Positions 1-12,619 are shown, counted from the first letter of the stretch. The stretch is DNA of 64,000 nt from Octopus bimaculoides (GCF_001194135.2 NC_068997.1:19761377-19825376), one strand, 5' to 3'. Notes: generated by a model from the sequence alone, not told the origin. Made by a program: numbers and translations.

Positions 1-172
1 GTAAAATTACTTTCTACAGAATTTATTATATCTTGCAGGAGGTAAGATATCTAAAGTAACTTAATATGCATAAAATTAGATTAAATTTAGTGACTTGCTT
101 GTAACAACCCTTCATCTCTCTCTCTCTCTCTGTCTATCTTTTTGCCTTACTCTTTTCCTTTGCATCAGAAGC

Positions 173-234
<62 letters not shown>

Positions 235-439
235 CACATGCACACACACACACACAGAACACATATAGATAAAACTTACTTGGAAATGGATGCATGGTGT
301 TCTGCTCGAATTACGGAGTAGAAAAACAGCCAACAACTGATGAAGGGTCATTCTTTATGTTGCTTGTCTTGTTTTCCATTTGTTTCTTTTGTTCTTCACG
401 TTAAAAAAAAAGTTTGTATTCTATGTTTACGTATTCCAT

Positions 440-560
440 AAGCTGTTATGGCTTTCACCTTTTCCCTTGGATAACATCAGTGGCACAGAGAGGGGAGGCT
501 GGTATGCATGGGTGACTGCTGGTCTTCCACAAACAACCTTGTCTAGACTTGTGTCCTGGA
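440..560 (-). mobile_element. RTE-associated repeat fragment
   Basis: Minus strand caaggttgtttgtggaagaccagcagtcacccatgcataccagcctcccc, recalled as an RTE-related repeat tail. Confidence 0.4.
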
Positions 561-568
561 GGCAGTCT

Positions 569-838
569 TTAATCTTTACCATTCTGAATGTATTTGGTAA
601 TTGGAGTAGGAGTAAATTTAGCATTCACGTTATTCTGTCAAAAGTAAAACTTTTTTTATTCACATTGTTTTGAATTAATCATGCATTATTTTGTAGCTTT
701 GAGATTCAGATGAAGTAATTCTTAGTTTTTAGAATGCTATTATAGTGTTCATCTGAGAGGTCAGATCTGGCCAGTTTGAACATAAAACAGGTAGAAAATT
801 TTGGCTGGATTTGGTCAGTTTAAATGCTAAAGGGTTAA
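569..838 (+). mobile_element. piggyBac-like MITE, copy 1
   Basis: Ends aaatgctaaaggg|TTAA; degenerate left end TTAA|tctttaccatt; shared body ttattcacattg...aatcatgcatta. Confidence 0.65.
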
Positions 839-1222
839 AATAAAAAAATCTGATGTTAATAGAATTTATTACAAAAAAAAAAAAATATTCAAAGAGAAAT
901 GAAATAATCAAAGATGATTGGTAATCTAGAGAAGCACTTCAAGTCAGTCTAAAAGCTAATGATGCTGATGAGATTGTTGATGAGGAATTACAGCAGTATT
1001 CAAAGTTTTCATTTTCTTATTTCATTAACTATTGTGTCACCATATTTCTGTTGAAATACACTGCCTTTTTTTCAATTCCATCCCTTTTTCCTGCTTGCTA
1101 TTCTTGGGAAGGTCATGGGGCCAGTGTCGCCAGGCAGCTCCTCCATAGGGTCCTATCAGAAGCAACCATCATTAAACTTTTTTGTTGGATTCCCAAGAGT
1201 GACCAACTGAGACTATTCTTTT

Positions 1223-1436
1223 AAGGTGGCGAGCTGGCAGAAATGTTAGCATGTTGGGCAAAATGCTTAGCGGTATTTCATCAATCTTTATGTTCTGAGT
1301 TCAAATTCCACCAAAGTCGACTTTGCCTTTCATCCTTTTGGGGTCGATAAATGGAGTACTAGTTGTGTTCTAGGGTCGATCTAATCGACTGGCCCCCTCC
1401 TCCAAAATTTCGGGCCTTGTGCCTAGAGTAGAAACG
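1223..1436 (+). mobile_element. tRNA-derived SINE family A (Meta/MESC-like core)
   Basis: ggcgagctggcagaa..ttagca, box B tctgagttcaaattcc, core gactttgcctttcatccttttggggtcgataaa..agtactag, tail gggccttgtgcct. Confidence 0.8.
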
Positions 1437-1592
1437 ATTCTTTTATTTGTTTCAGTTTTGACTGCGACCATACTCGAGCATCACTTTTAGTCGAACAAAT
1501 CTACCCTAGAGCTTATTCTTTGTAAGCCTAGTACTTATTATATCAGTATCTTTTGCCAAACTGCTAAGTTATGGGGGATGTAAACATAACTG
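1436..1592 (-). mobile_element. SINE family B tail
   Basis: tttcagttttgactgcgaccatactcgagcatc..ttattctttgtaagcctagtactta..ctgctaagtta. Confidence 0.78.
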
Positions 1593-1789
1593 TATTTAGC
1601 TTGAACGTTACAGTAAGCTTTCACAATCAGGAAGAGAAGGACAGTATGCAACTGTTAGCTAAGGGTGTCAACTACCTACTGAACATTTTGTATGCTCAGT
1701 CAGGTGTTTCCTGGTGAGTTTGTATCCAAACAAGTAGGACTAGGTTTTGCATTGCAAAAACTCAACCAGGGGTATATATGGGTTAACAT

Positions 1790-2420
1790 TGTCTCAGTTG
1801 CCAATAAATTTTTTTAACAAGCTGACAGGCCAATTGTGATATTAGCACATGTTCTGGCACTGTTTTTCTATACATCGCCGGTGAAGAGATGAGTCACTAC
1901 TGTCTCTAACGGTTGAGTGTCCATCACTGATGGGACCAAAGAAGGTCTAAATCACGTGATCTGGTGGTCTTGGCGCTGCAGTTGGAGATTTATCTCCCCA
2001 CTAACTATTAAAACAAGAGTGCATTTTGCACCAAAAGCCAATATGATAGTTTCTCTCATGCTATCTACTACAGTATAGTTTGTCCTAACAAAACATCCAC
2101 ATTTAAGTAGGGATAAATGTTAGCTCTCAGTATTAATACTATCTCCATCGCTAATATATATTTTGAAACAAGCTCACTGGCTAATCACAACATTAGCACC
2201 TGTTCTGGCATTGTTCTTCTATATACCACTGGCAGGTTGAGATGAGTTTCTGCTATCTCCATCATTGAATAGATGCAGGAAGGTCAAAATCACACGATCT
2301 GGTGGTCTCGGCACTGGAGTTGGTGGGGATTTATCTCCCTGCTTCCAAGATAAACAAGAGTGTATTTTGCAGTGGGGGGTAAATATTACCGCTTGATATT
2401 AATACTGCCTCTGTTGCTAA
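1790..2420. repeat. Diverged tandem duplication, unit ~330-350 bp
   Basis: attagcacatgttctggcactg..gatctggtggtctt..gatttatctccc..aacaagagtgcattttgca recurs at 2190-2372, with a partial third copy to ~2420. Confidence 0.75.
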
Positions 2421-3173
2421 TAGATATGTTATAATTAAGATCACTTTAAAACAGAGTTTGTATCATAGAACAATTCTGAAAGAACAAGTTTCAAGTGGGT
2501 TAATATCAAAAGTGTTAAAAGAAAGTTCAGTTGTTATTTACCAATTTGGCAACTATGTAGAGCTTAGTGTCTGGTGTTATAATATGTTATAGTATGAGCT
2601 TAGTGTCTGGTGTTATAGTACTACTTTAGTCACTGTATAAAGGGTTCCTACATGGTCTGGTTTCTGTTTATTTATTGGTATTCAGTTCATATATGACTCG
2701 TATTTGTATATGATCTCACCAAGAAATACTCGACTCTGGACCGTCAGACAGTTCTTTTTTTATATTTTTTTTTTTTTTTTTTCCTCGTGGTTGTTTGAGT
2801 AGACAGAATACAATGTTCAAAACATCAGCTGTTATAAACAAATAACAATATTGAAACAAAACCAGCCTATGGCTTCATAGCTTCTTGAGATTAGGAAATC
2901 TGTTTATTTTTCTTGAAGAAGAAGAGTTGTTGGTGGTGGTGGTTAGTAGTGGGGATAGTGGTAGTGATTGTGGTGATGGTGGTGGTGATTGTGGTGGCAT
3001 TGGCGAGGGCAGTCATAGTTTACCTATAAGTCAGCTTCTGATCAAGTAGATCTATAATAAAAGGCGTTCCAGATATGACCCTCCTGATTTTTGTCAAATA
3101 CAGTGTATCTGTAGCAATTATATTATGTTACCAAATGTTTCCATCTATTTTTAAGACAGTACAGTACCATTTG

Positions 3174-3385
3174 TGGAGGTGCACGGTTTAGTGGTTAGAG
3201 TGTTGGACTCATGATAGTAAGGTTGTGGTTTCAATTCCTGGACTGAGTGATGCATTGTGTTCTTGAGCAAAACACTTCATTTCATGCTGCTCTGGTTCAC
3301 TTAACTGGTAATCCTGCAATGGACTGGCATCCTGTCAAGGGAGGAATACATACACCAGAGAAACTGGGGATCTAACCCTATGCTG
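3174..3385 (+). mobile_element. tRNA-derived SINE family C
   Basis: ggaggtgcacggtttagtggttagagtgttggactc (box A), ggtttcaattcc (box B), ttgagcaaaacact, ctgcaatggactggcatcctgtcaaggg. Confidence 0.72.
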
Positions 3386-3820
3386 CTTACAGAGTAATGT
3401 GGACTAACCAACAGGGCCATTTAATTATTATTTATTTAGGGAAATTCAACTGTTATTTCTAGGAGGTCAAGTGACCAACCACATATAGGTACTTTTATTG
3501 GGGCTTGGCAGCTTAATGATTTTGAGTGAAAATAGTTAGACTAGATGGCAGTGCCCCAGCATGGCTGTAGTATTTGTGCAGAACATGTAAAATAATGTAA
3601 AGAAAAGCTTACTTTAACTTCAGAACAGATATGTAGAAAAGTTTCAAAATACTTCACATGTCAACAGGATATGGACACAAGCAATGAAAAATAGATAAAT
3701 TGTTTAGCATGCATATTATTATTATTATCATTAAAGTTTATATCATAATATTTTCTTATGTATATAGGGCAGCAAGCTTAAAGAATAATATAATAAAACT
3801 AAATAACTTATGGTATTTAG

Positions 3821-3896
3821 GTCTGGATGTATTCACAATTGAAATCATAACAGAGTTGACTGTGATATTACATGTTGTTTCCCTGGGTTTGACACA
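3821..3896 (+). other. Candidate spliced exon (76 nt)
   Basis: ttatggtatttag|...ACA|gtaagt; open frame LDVFTIEIITELTVILHVVSLGLT. Confidence 0.18.
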
Positions 3897-4149
3897 GTAA
3901 GTAGCAGTTATATACTGATATTTATTAATTTAATAGTAGTATTGTAACCATCAAAAAAACCTGACTCACTTTTATTTGAGCGTGTAATAGATAGGTTATG
4001 CAATCATAATGTGTGTGAAGAAAGGTGAGGATAACAACAGTAATATTATCCATTATGCTTTTTGTATGTCATTAGCATATGATACATTATATGTAGTCAT
4101 TTCTCTCAGTATCGTACAATATGTCATGTAGAATATATTTGCACTTATG

Positions 4150-4185
<36 letters not shown>

Positions 4186-4290
4186 TCTATATATATCTCA
4201 TACATACATATATACATACATACACATATACAGGATGAATCAAAAGTCATGCACCAAAACATTTGACATTTTATTCATATTATGTTGTTG

Positions 4291-4331
<41 letters not shown>

Positions 4332-4333
<2 letters not shown>

Positions 4334-4546
4334 AGTGGTGAGCTTGCAGAATCGTTAGCATGCTGGACAAAATACTTAGCGGTATTTCACTCTTTGCTAC
4401 ATTCTGAGTTCAAATTCCGCCGAAGTCGGCTTTGCTTTTCATCCTTTAAGGGCCGATAGATTTAGTACCAGTAAAACACTGAAGTTGATGTAATCGATTA
4501 GCCCCCTACCCCCAAATTTCAGGCCTTGTGCCTTTAGTAGAAAGGA
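4332..4546 (+). mobile_element. SINE family A
   Basis: Full-length match to 1223-1436; flanked by (TTA)n. Confidence 0.8.
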
Positions 4547-5477
4547 TTATTATTATTGTTAATAGTCATTTTAGTCATTGTGTACAAGAATGTGTGTATT
4601 CATCACTATTTTATTTATTTTATTCAATTTTAGAATTATCTATATTATGTGTGTAATATATATTAAATGGGTTTTAATCTTAATGTGTGACTTTTGGCAT
4701 GCCCTGTGTGTGTATGTGTGTGTGTGTGTATTATTTGTTTGTGTGTGTGTAGATATCTTTTGTTGGCTGTGTGTTTGTGTATGAACACATACAACTTTGA
4801 ATATACGTGAAATATCGAGAAATCCTGTATCAGCAAAAGGTTAAATGTCAGTTCCTTTAACCAACCATTTCTCCAACTGAGAAGGGGTTTAAGGCAGTGC
4901 TGTTTAAGGGCATAGGCACATTAAGTACTTGCTTAGGGGCCTCATAAGTTTAAGGGTCCAATACTAATCTATATATGCCTGACTTGCTGTCAAGAAGTAA
5001 ATACTTTAGGGTACAATGCATTCTTTTAGTCAGTTGCTAAGGAGGTTCTAGTCTGAGGTATGCAAAACAATATTTTTGCAAGTTTGATAGCTGACAGGTG
5101 ATATAAAATAGATTAAGGTTCCTGGTTGGAAAACTGCCATTATGAAAGTTTCTTTTCTTCAAAAATCATATCCTTGAAAAGTTAACATGTGGGTTTAAAG
5201 TAGCATGGTAGACCCAAAATAACTTTTTTTTTAATATATGTATTCATATATTCTTTTATTCTTTTATATGCTTCAGCCTTGAGGCTGCAGCCATGCTTGT
5301 TTTTCTCTCTCTGATTTTTTTTTTGTTTTTGTCTCCATTTTTTTCCCCTCGTCCTTTTTGTTGAAGAGCATAGGTTGGAAACATCAAAATCTTTTCCATT
5401 CTCCCCAAGCGTCAAACTCATGCACTTGCTTGTTTTTATTTCACCTATCTTCGCCTTTTGTTTTCTGTAAATTTGAA

Positions 5478-5532
<55 letters not shown>

Positions 5533-5689
5533 TGTGTGTGTGTCTCTCTCTCTTTATATATCTATATGTACTTTTCTGTCTGTCTAGTTCTTTCTTTTTT
5601 CTTTGTTTGTTTGTTTATTTGTTTGTTTCTTTCCTTCCTTCCTTCCTTTCTGTCTTCCTTCATTTCTCTCCTCCTTTAATCATCCATGT

Positions 5690-5860
5690 TCTGCCCTAAA
5701 CCCTAACCATACAGTAACAACTATGCCTGGTCCTTCTAGTAACATAATATTGCCACTCTGGAGCTCATTCCCTGCTCACATCTTCCTGCAGAGTATTGAC
5801 CCGATGCAGTTTAAGAGTAAGTGGAACATTGATGGCAATATGCTCATCAATCTCAGATGG
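5690..5860 (+). mobile_element. CR1/Jockey-superfamily LINE 3' fragment
   Basis: LWSSFPAHIFLQSIDPMQFKSKWNID matches the 'LWNSLP..VFP....L..FK..VN' LINE C-terminus. Confidence 0.6.
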
Positions 5861-5954
5861 TCTGCTAAGGATATGGGCAGTGCCCTTTCCTCCAGACCCA
5901 GCAAATAAGATGCATGCGTGTACACTCATGTACACACACACACATGCACGCATG

Positions 5955-6325
5955 CACACTGATATATAATGGGCTTCCTCTTACTCACACACACACACGA
6001 TGAATTTTCACATAGTTTCTTTCTACCAAATTCACTGGAAAGGCTCTGTCTACCTGGGGGCTGTAGTAGAAGACCCTTGCCTAAAATGCTGCATGGTATG
6101 AACCCAGTACTGTGAAGTTGGAATGCAAGGTCCTTAACAACACATACACATGCACACATGTCCGACAGGCTTCCATGCAGTTTCTATCTAATAATTTCAT
6201 TAATAAGTCATTGGTTGGCCTGGAGCTATTATAGTAGAAGGCAGTTGCTTAAGGTGGCACACAGTGGGACTGAACCTGAAATCGCACGGTTGCAAAGCAA
6301 GCTTCTTAACAGCATGCAAACACAC
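5955..6325 (-). mobile_element. Two SINE family B heads in tandem
   Basis: 5955-6150 and 6160-6325 are both reverse complements of the family B 5' half. Confidence 0.72.
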
Positions 6326-6579
6326 ATATGCACACACACATGTATACATACACATGCACATACATACATATGTACATATATATACATACATACATACATA
6401 CATACATACATACATACATGCTCACACATACACAGATAGAGGGAATGATAGATGAAGAGATACAGATGCACTGAATACAAATATTTAGTAAGTGGAATGT
6501 CTTGTATGTATATATGTGTATATATGTGTGTGTGAGAATGTATGTCTGTGTGCTCGTGTGAAAGTGGTGGTAAAATGAG

Positions 6580-6745
6580 ACAGAGAAAAAGAGAGGGAGA
6601 GGGAGGAAGAGAGAGAGACAAAAAAAGAGAGTGGGAGAGAGAGAAAAGGAAAAAGCGAGAGAGACAAAAAAGAGAGTGGGAGAGAGAGAAAAGGAGAAAG
6701 GGGAATGAGAGAGAAAGAGAGAGAGAGAGAGTGGGGGGGGGAGAC
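6580..6745. repeat. Purine-rich (GA)n tract with an internal ~45-bp tandem duplication
   Basis: gagagacaaaaaa(a)gagagtgggagagagagaaaagga occurs twice. Confidence 0.85.
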
Positions 6746-8257
6746 TAGTAACATGGAAGCCGCTATTGAAAAGTATTAATGAAAGAGTGGAAATTTGGGA
6801 GACTATAATATCAGAGGAGTGCAGTGACTAATAGAGATGATAAATATTAAGGAATAATAAAGTCATAATCGAGATAGGAAAATGAGAAACAAACAGTGAG
6901 AGAGAGAGATAGAGAGAGAGAGATATATAGAGAGAGACAGAAGTTGGGTAAGAGATGCATTAGTTTTGCTGGGTTGTTATGTGTTTATATGTTTTTGAAC
7001 CAATTAAATGTCTGTTTGAAACCCAATCAGTAACGGTTAACTGAACCTCATCATAAATTTATTTATTTTATTAGTCTGTCATAGTTGTAATTACATTTTC
7101 ATCTTATTTAAACTACAGTAAAACAACAATGACAGGAAAAAAAAAACAAACAAACAAACAAACAAAAATTAAAACGAAAGTGAAAATAAAAGCAGGCTAT
7201 TGCCGGTAAGGGTACATGTATTGACCCTATAATTCCTGGTACTCTAGACATTCAGTGAGTTAAAACGAAATTTTTAAGCTTAAACCTAATATTTAATGTG
7301 AAATGGACATTCAACATTCTATAAGTTCTGATTGTTGATATTGTTTAGCCCTAGGCTTGTCCATGATTGAGTAAACTTATGACCATAGTTGTTCTAGTCA
7401 TAGCTACTGTCTCAAGCATTGATGGGGAAGAACAAACACAAAAACACATATATTATATAATAGATTTCCACACAGTTTTTATATTTCTTTACTGCCCACA
7501 AGGCCTGTCTGTTTTCCTGTGTGCTCCTACCGTTGTCTGAAAAAAGTTTGTTTTCCATGCTTTGTTTGTATTCTCGTTTTTCATTTTGTCTACGTTCTTT
7601 TGTGACGTCCTGTACCCAGATATGCATCTATATATACATGTAGATGTAGGTATGTACATACATATACGTATATATGCATATAATCACATATTATTTGTAT
7701 TATATATATATATATATATATATATAACTTTTTACAAAACCAACATAACATGGACATAATCACTACTGAGCTTGGTGCAGTCTCTTGGTTTAGCAGTTCT
7801 TTTAGAAAACAGTTGTTGAATAGTGGTGGTGATGATGATGATGAACATAATCACCGCTAGTTTTAAAACTCAAATGCATAAAACACACTCAATAAAATAA
7901 ATAAAAAGAATCATTAAAATTCAATGTTCATGAAATGAGTTAATAATTTAAAAAAAGAAAAAAGACCCCATCAAAGTTTGTAACATCGTCTGATTCTGTA
8001 AATAACTCCAACCATACATTTTTAGTTAGTTTTTCATTGCTTGCGTCTTTACATGCAGTGTTGTAATATATATGCTTACGGGGTTTCATAGTTGCAGGTA
8101 ATGAACTGTACACATTAAGCATTTGATGTCTCGGGCCTACCTATCTTTAGTATCTTCATTTCCATAGGTTTGTTGTATTTATGTTTTTCAACTCAAGCAT
8201 AATGCTGCTAGGGCCAGATTAAGGACCATAGAGCACTTAAAATATTTTGGTGTCCCC

Positions 8258-8302
<45 letters not shown>

Positions 8303-8405
8303 TCAAAATGTAAACATTAATAAACCGTAAAATAAATTTTTGTTTTTAAAGATGTAACAAAACTAAAAGTAAGATGGAGAATAATGTTTATTTTTGTATA
8401 CTTCG

Positions 8406-8766
8406 ATTTTATTTATATTTGAAAATTTTACTCCTATTTTTTTTTAATTGCAAAGTCTTTGATCAAATTCTCATTACGACGCCATGCACACTTTGAAATT
8501 ATTTTTCCAATCATATAAACCATGTTGAATATTATTACTTTAGCAAGTTTAAAATGATTTCTTTTGTGCTGTAAACCATTTACTATTTGTGTGGTAAAGG
8601 GTTTACAGAATAAGAAAGAATCACTTTAAACTGGCTAAAATAATATTCGACATGGTTTATTTGATCAAAAATATAATTTCAAAGTGTTCTTGGTGTCATA
8701 ATAAGGATCTGATCAAAAACTTTGCAATTAAAAAAAAGTAGAAAACTTTTCAAATGTAAATAAAAT
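8406..8766. repeat. Long imperfect fold-back (~175-bp arms), MITE-like
   Basis: e.g. ttttaattgcaaagtctttgatca / tgatcaaaaactttgcaattaaaa; taaaccatgttgaatatta / taatattcgacatggttta; ctgtaaaccatttac / gtaaagggtttacag; loop near 8587-8593. Confidence 0.8.
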
Positions 8767-8777
8767 ATTTACATATA

Positions 8778-8941
8778 TAGGCACAGGCATGGCTGTGTGG
8801 TAAGAAGCTTGCTTCCCAACCACATGGTTCCAGGTTCAGTCCCACTGCCTAGCACTTTGGGCAAGTGTCTTCTACTATAGCCTCGGGCGGACCAAAGTCT
8901 TGTGAGTGGATTTGGTAGACAGAAACTGGAAGTCCATTGTG

Positions 8942-8976
<35 letters not shown>

Positions 8977-9050
8977 ATATATTTGTCTGTTTCTGTGCTT
9001 ATCCCCCTGCCGTCACTTGACAACTGATGCTGGTGTGTTTATGCCCCCAT
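8778..9050 (+). mobile_element. SINE family B, 5' two-thirds
   Basis: ggcacaggcatggctgtgtggtaagaagcttgcttcccaaccacatggttccaggttcagtcccac... Confidence 0.82.
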
Positions 9051-9689
9051 AGAAATATAATGAGATGGTATACATATGTATATATTTATTAAATATCCTC
9101 TACCAACGCTTGATATTTTCTCATGCTGGAGATGCTAATTGCTTTTTGAAAGATAGCTCTATTGGTTTGACATATCATGAACTTAGGTAATGCATACTGG
9201 ATGCAGAAGTATCATATTTATTGATGCAATGTCAAAGTATCCAAAATAAGATTCAAGGTGAGGAAGTTAATGCTTAGGAGACAAAAACCTATTGATGCTT
9301 TTACTCTATAAAAGATGGAGAGGGAAGAAATCCTGAATTGCAATAAACAAAAGAATGTATAATGATACCTCCCCCCAGCATTTTTCTGCCCTATACAGAA
9401 ATGACAGAGTTGAAGCAGATCTTTTTTTATAGGGGTTCTTCATTGTTTAAGGTTGACCTCGCTTCTACACGTGTGTGTGTGTATATGTGTGTGTGTGTGT
9501 TGGCCTGAACAAGATTTTTGTGGGGAAGACTACAAGTATTCCTATGTATGCAAGTCCCTTCTCTTTATGTTGTCAGTGTTTATCCAAGAGGCTGATTACT
9601 GACTTGAGTTGGTACAATTTGGCACCAGTACTCTCATGGACAATGATGTTAGAATGCAAAGAACCAGGACATTCTGACATTTCTGTCAA

Positions 9690-9832
9690 TCCCTCACCCT
9701 GGTTTGGCACTTTCTCAGCAATCATGAAAAGATGAAAAGCAAGGTTGATTTCACCTGCATTTGAACTCAGAGTGCAGGGTATCAGAAGATATACTACAAG
9801 GCATTCTCTCCAGTGCTCTGCTAATTTGCCTC
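9690..9832 (-). mobile_element. SINE family A-like variant
   Basis: Minus strand ctctgagttcaaatgc..tcaaccttgcttttcatc. Confidence 0.55.
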
Positions 9833-9864
9833 CTGTAATTTATTTTAATTCACCAACAAATGTA

Positions 9865-10280
9865 AGCACAGACATAGTTATGTGGTGAGAAACTTGCTTC
9901 CCAACTACCTAGTTCATGGTTCAGTCCCACTGCATGGCACCTTGAGCAAGTGTCTTCCATTATAGTCTTTGGCTGACCAAATACTTGTGAGTGGATTTGG
10001 TAGACAGAAACTGAACAAAACCCATTGTATGTATGTGTGTGTGTATGTGTATATATATGTCTTTGTGCCTGTGTTTATTCCCCCACCACCACCACCACTT
10101 CACAACTGGTGCTGGTGTGTTTACATCCCTGTAACTTAGTGGTTCAGCAAAAAAGATAAATAGAATAAGTACCAGGCTTTAAAAACTAAGTTCAGGTGTT
10201 GATTCTTTTGATTAAAAATTCTTCAATGCAGTGCTCCAGCATGGCTGCAGTCTAATGACTGAAACAAGTAAAAGATAAAA
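9865..10280 (+). mobile_element. tRNA-derived SINE family B, near full length (CORE-like ccttgagcaagtg; internal TA/TG tract)
   Basis: gcacagacatagttatgtggtgag..ggttcagtcccactgcatggcaccttgagcaagtgtc..ggatttggtagacagaaactga..(TG/TA)n..gtaacttagtggttcagcaaaa..gcagtgctccagcatggctgcagtc..gactgaaacaagtaaaaga. Confidence 0.82.
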
Positions 10281-11390
10281 AAACAAATCATTGCTGTTTT
10301 TGCAGCAGATGCAAAACTGAGATCTATTTTGCTTAAGGAAAAGAAATATTTTAAATTTAAACAAGACCTTCATGCTCCCTGTTTTTACAAAAAATAAATA
10401 TACCAGAATTTTTTTACTTTTTATATTGATTCTTGTTGACACAGCCCACTTCTAGTTAGCTCAAATTCCTGTGTCTGCTATAAATGAGAACATGTCTCAT
10501 CCTTGCTGGAAGAGTAAACAAACCTCAAGCTTGCTGTGGAGAGGAGCTAAATTCAATTTGGCTGTTTAAGCAGACAGGTCCTAGCCTTACCATAGAAAAA
10601 AACTGATCCCTGCTATTTAATCCCAGTGGACAACCCTTGTATTTACTCTTGAAGCAAGCATGTCTCAGTCCCACTAGAGACATTGGCAGGTTCTATTTCA
10701 TCATTGATATGAGAATGAAATTCATGACTATGATGAAAGAATTCCTTGAAAGGCTGTGTAAACACTGTATGATAGCGATATATATTTCTTGAAACAGAAA
10801 AAGGTTAATATTTTTGGCAAGGAATGTTATAAATTTGAGTGATATACAAACAAACTAGGTGAGAAGCTGAGATACATTTTCAAATGATGTTGTTGAATTA
10901 CTAAAAATAATATTTCTTTTTATGACTCTTCATATATCCTTTTTACAGTTTATATTTTGGTTTATTTCTCTTCCCTCATATGCTGAAATAGATAACAAGG
11001 TAACATGAGGACTAGAGCAGGAAATGTTGCAAAACTAGTGAAATAGAGGTTTGAGGTATGTAAGTGACTGAGAGTTTGTAAGACTGTGCACTAGATGAAG
11101 AATTAAAAATTAGTTTACAATTAGGTGCAAGTATGGCTGTGTGGTACAAAGTTTGCTTCTCAATCACATGGTCCTGGGTTCAGTCCCACTGAGTGGCACC
11201 TTACACAAGTGGATTCAGGAATCTAGGCAGCTGCATCAACACCCTCATGCTTTCCACATAAATCCTGTGGCAATAGAGAGAGAGACAATGGGGACAAGTA
11301 GAGGATGCTGCTGGAAGTTTCCAGATTTGACTCTGCACACAGGCAGCTGTAAGGTGATGGTTGTTATTAAGCTATATCTTGCTAAACTCT

Positions 11391-11818
11391 AAGGCAGCAA
11401 ACTGGCAGAAACATTAGCATGCCAGGCGAAATGCTTAGCGGTATTTCGTCTGCCGTTACGTTCTGAGTTCAAATTCTGCAGAAGTTGACTTTGCTTTCAT
11501 CCTTTTGGGGTCGATAAATTAAGTACCAGTTACACACTGGGATCGATGTAATCGACTTAATCCCTTTGTCTGTCCTTGTTTGTCCCCTCTATGTTTAGCC
11601 CCTTGTGGGCAATAAAAAAATGAGAAACATTAGCATGCAGGGCAAAATACTTAGCAGTATTTTATCTGTCTTCACATTCTGATTCAAATTCTGCCAAGGT
11701 TGATTTTGCCTTTCATCCTTTTGAGGTTGATAAATTAAGTACTAGTTGTGTACTGGGGTTGATCTAATTGACTGCCCCCTCCCCCAAAATTTCGGGCCTT
11801 GTGCCTAGAGTAGAAAAA
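11391..11818 (+). mobile_element. Two tandem SINE family A copies with different tails
   Basis: 11391-11612 has the tail aatccctttgtctgtcc...gggcaataaaaaa; 11622-11818 has the tail gggccttgtgcctagagtagaaaa. Confidence 0.8.
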
Positions 11819-11887
11819 TATATCTTCCTAAACTCTCTTTCATTGAAGTGGCAAGAGAGTCTACAATAGCAAACAGCAATGCAGAGT

Positions 11888-12222
11888 GAAGGCACACGGC
11901 TTAGTGTTTAGGGTTTTCAGCTCATGACCTTAAAGTCGTGAGTTCAATTCTTGGTTGTGCATTGCGTCTTTGAGACGGACATTTTATTTCATGTTGCTCC
12001 AGTCCACTCTGCTGACAAAAATGAATAGTACCTATATTTCAAAGAGTCACCCTTGTCACACTCTGTGTCATACTGAATCTCTCTGTGAACTATGTTAAGA
12101 GTACACATGTCTGTGGAATACTCAACCACTTGCATGTTAATTTTACAAGCAGGCTGTTTTGTTGATCGGATCAACTAGAACCCTCATAGTCAAAACCAAG
12201 AGAGTGCCAATTAAAATAAAAT
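11888..12222 (+). mobile_element. SINE family C with a long tail
   Basis: gaaggcacacggcttagtgtttaggg..gagttcaattc..ttgagacggacatt..ccttgtcacactctgtgtc..gttgatcggatcaactagaaccctc..gagagtgcc. Confidence 0.72.
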
Positions 12223-12619
12223 TAAGAAAACAGCAATGCGGTGTCTCTATTCTAAAATCTGCAATGCACAAATGTCCTGTGTGTGTGTGTATGTGAACAT
12301 GTGTGTTGTGGGTGTCAATCATTTGCATTGTAAACGAGCAATGGAATGTCAGAAAAGCAAACTTAAACATCTGCCATGTATGCTGTCTTTAATATGTATG
12401 AGACACTGTTGTTGTGGTCATAAAGGTTTGCTACTGTTGCAAAGCAGTATACACACACACACACACACACACACAGAGGCATTGATTACCTCTTGTTCCG
12501 TCTGTGTGTTTCTCTCTTTGCCTCTTTCACTTACTCCTTCTCTCTCACTCTCAGTATGTGTTTGTAGATTTGTCTGTCTCTTCCACATAAAAACAAACAC
12601 AATACTCATATTTATGCAT

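Noticed and set aside
930-1000. Acidic peptide EALQVSLKANDADEIVDEELQQ
   Set aside because: Weak splice signals, no homology, and partly a gat/tga low-complexity effect.
5789-5813. Strong-looking exon cttcctgcag|AGTATTGACCCGATGCAGTTTAAGA|gtaagt
   Set aside because: It lies inside a CR1-like LINE C-terminal remnant whose frame continues across both splice-like sites; exonisation cannot be shown.
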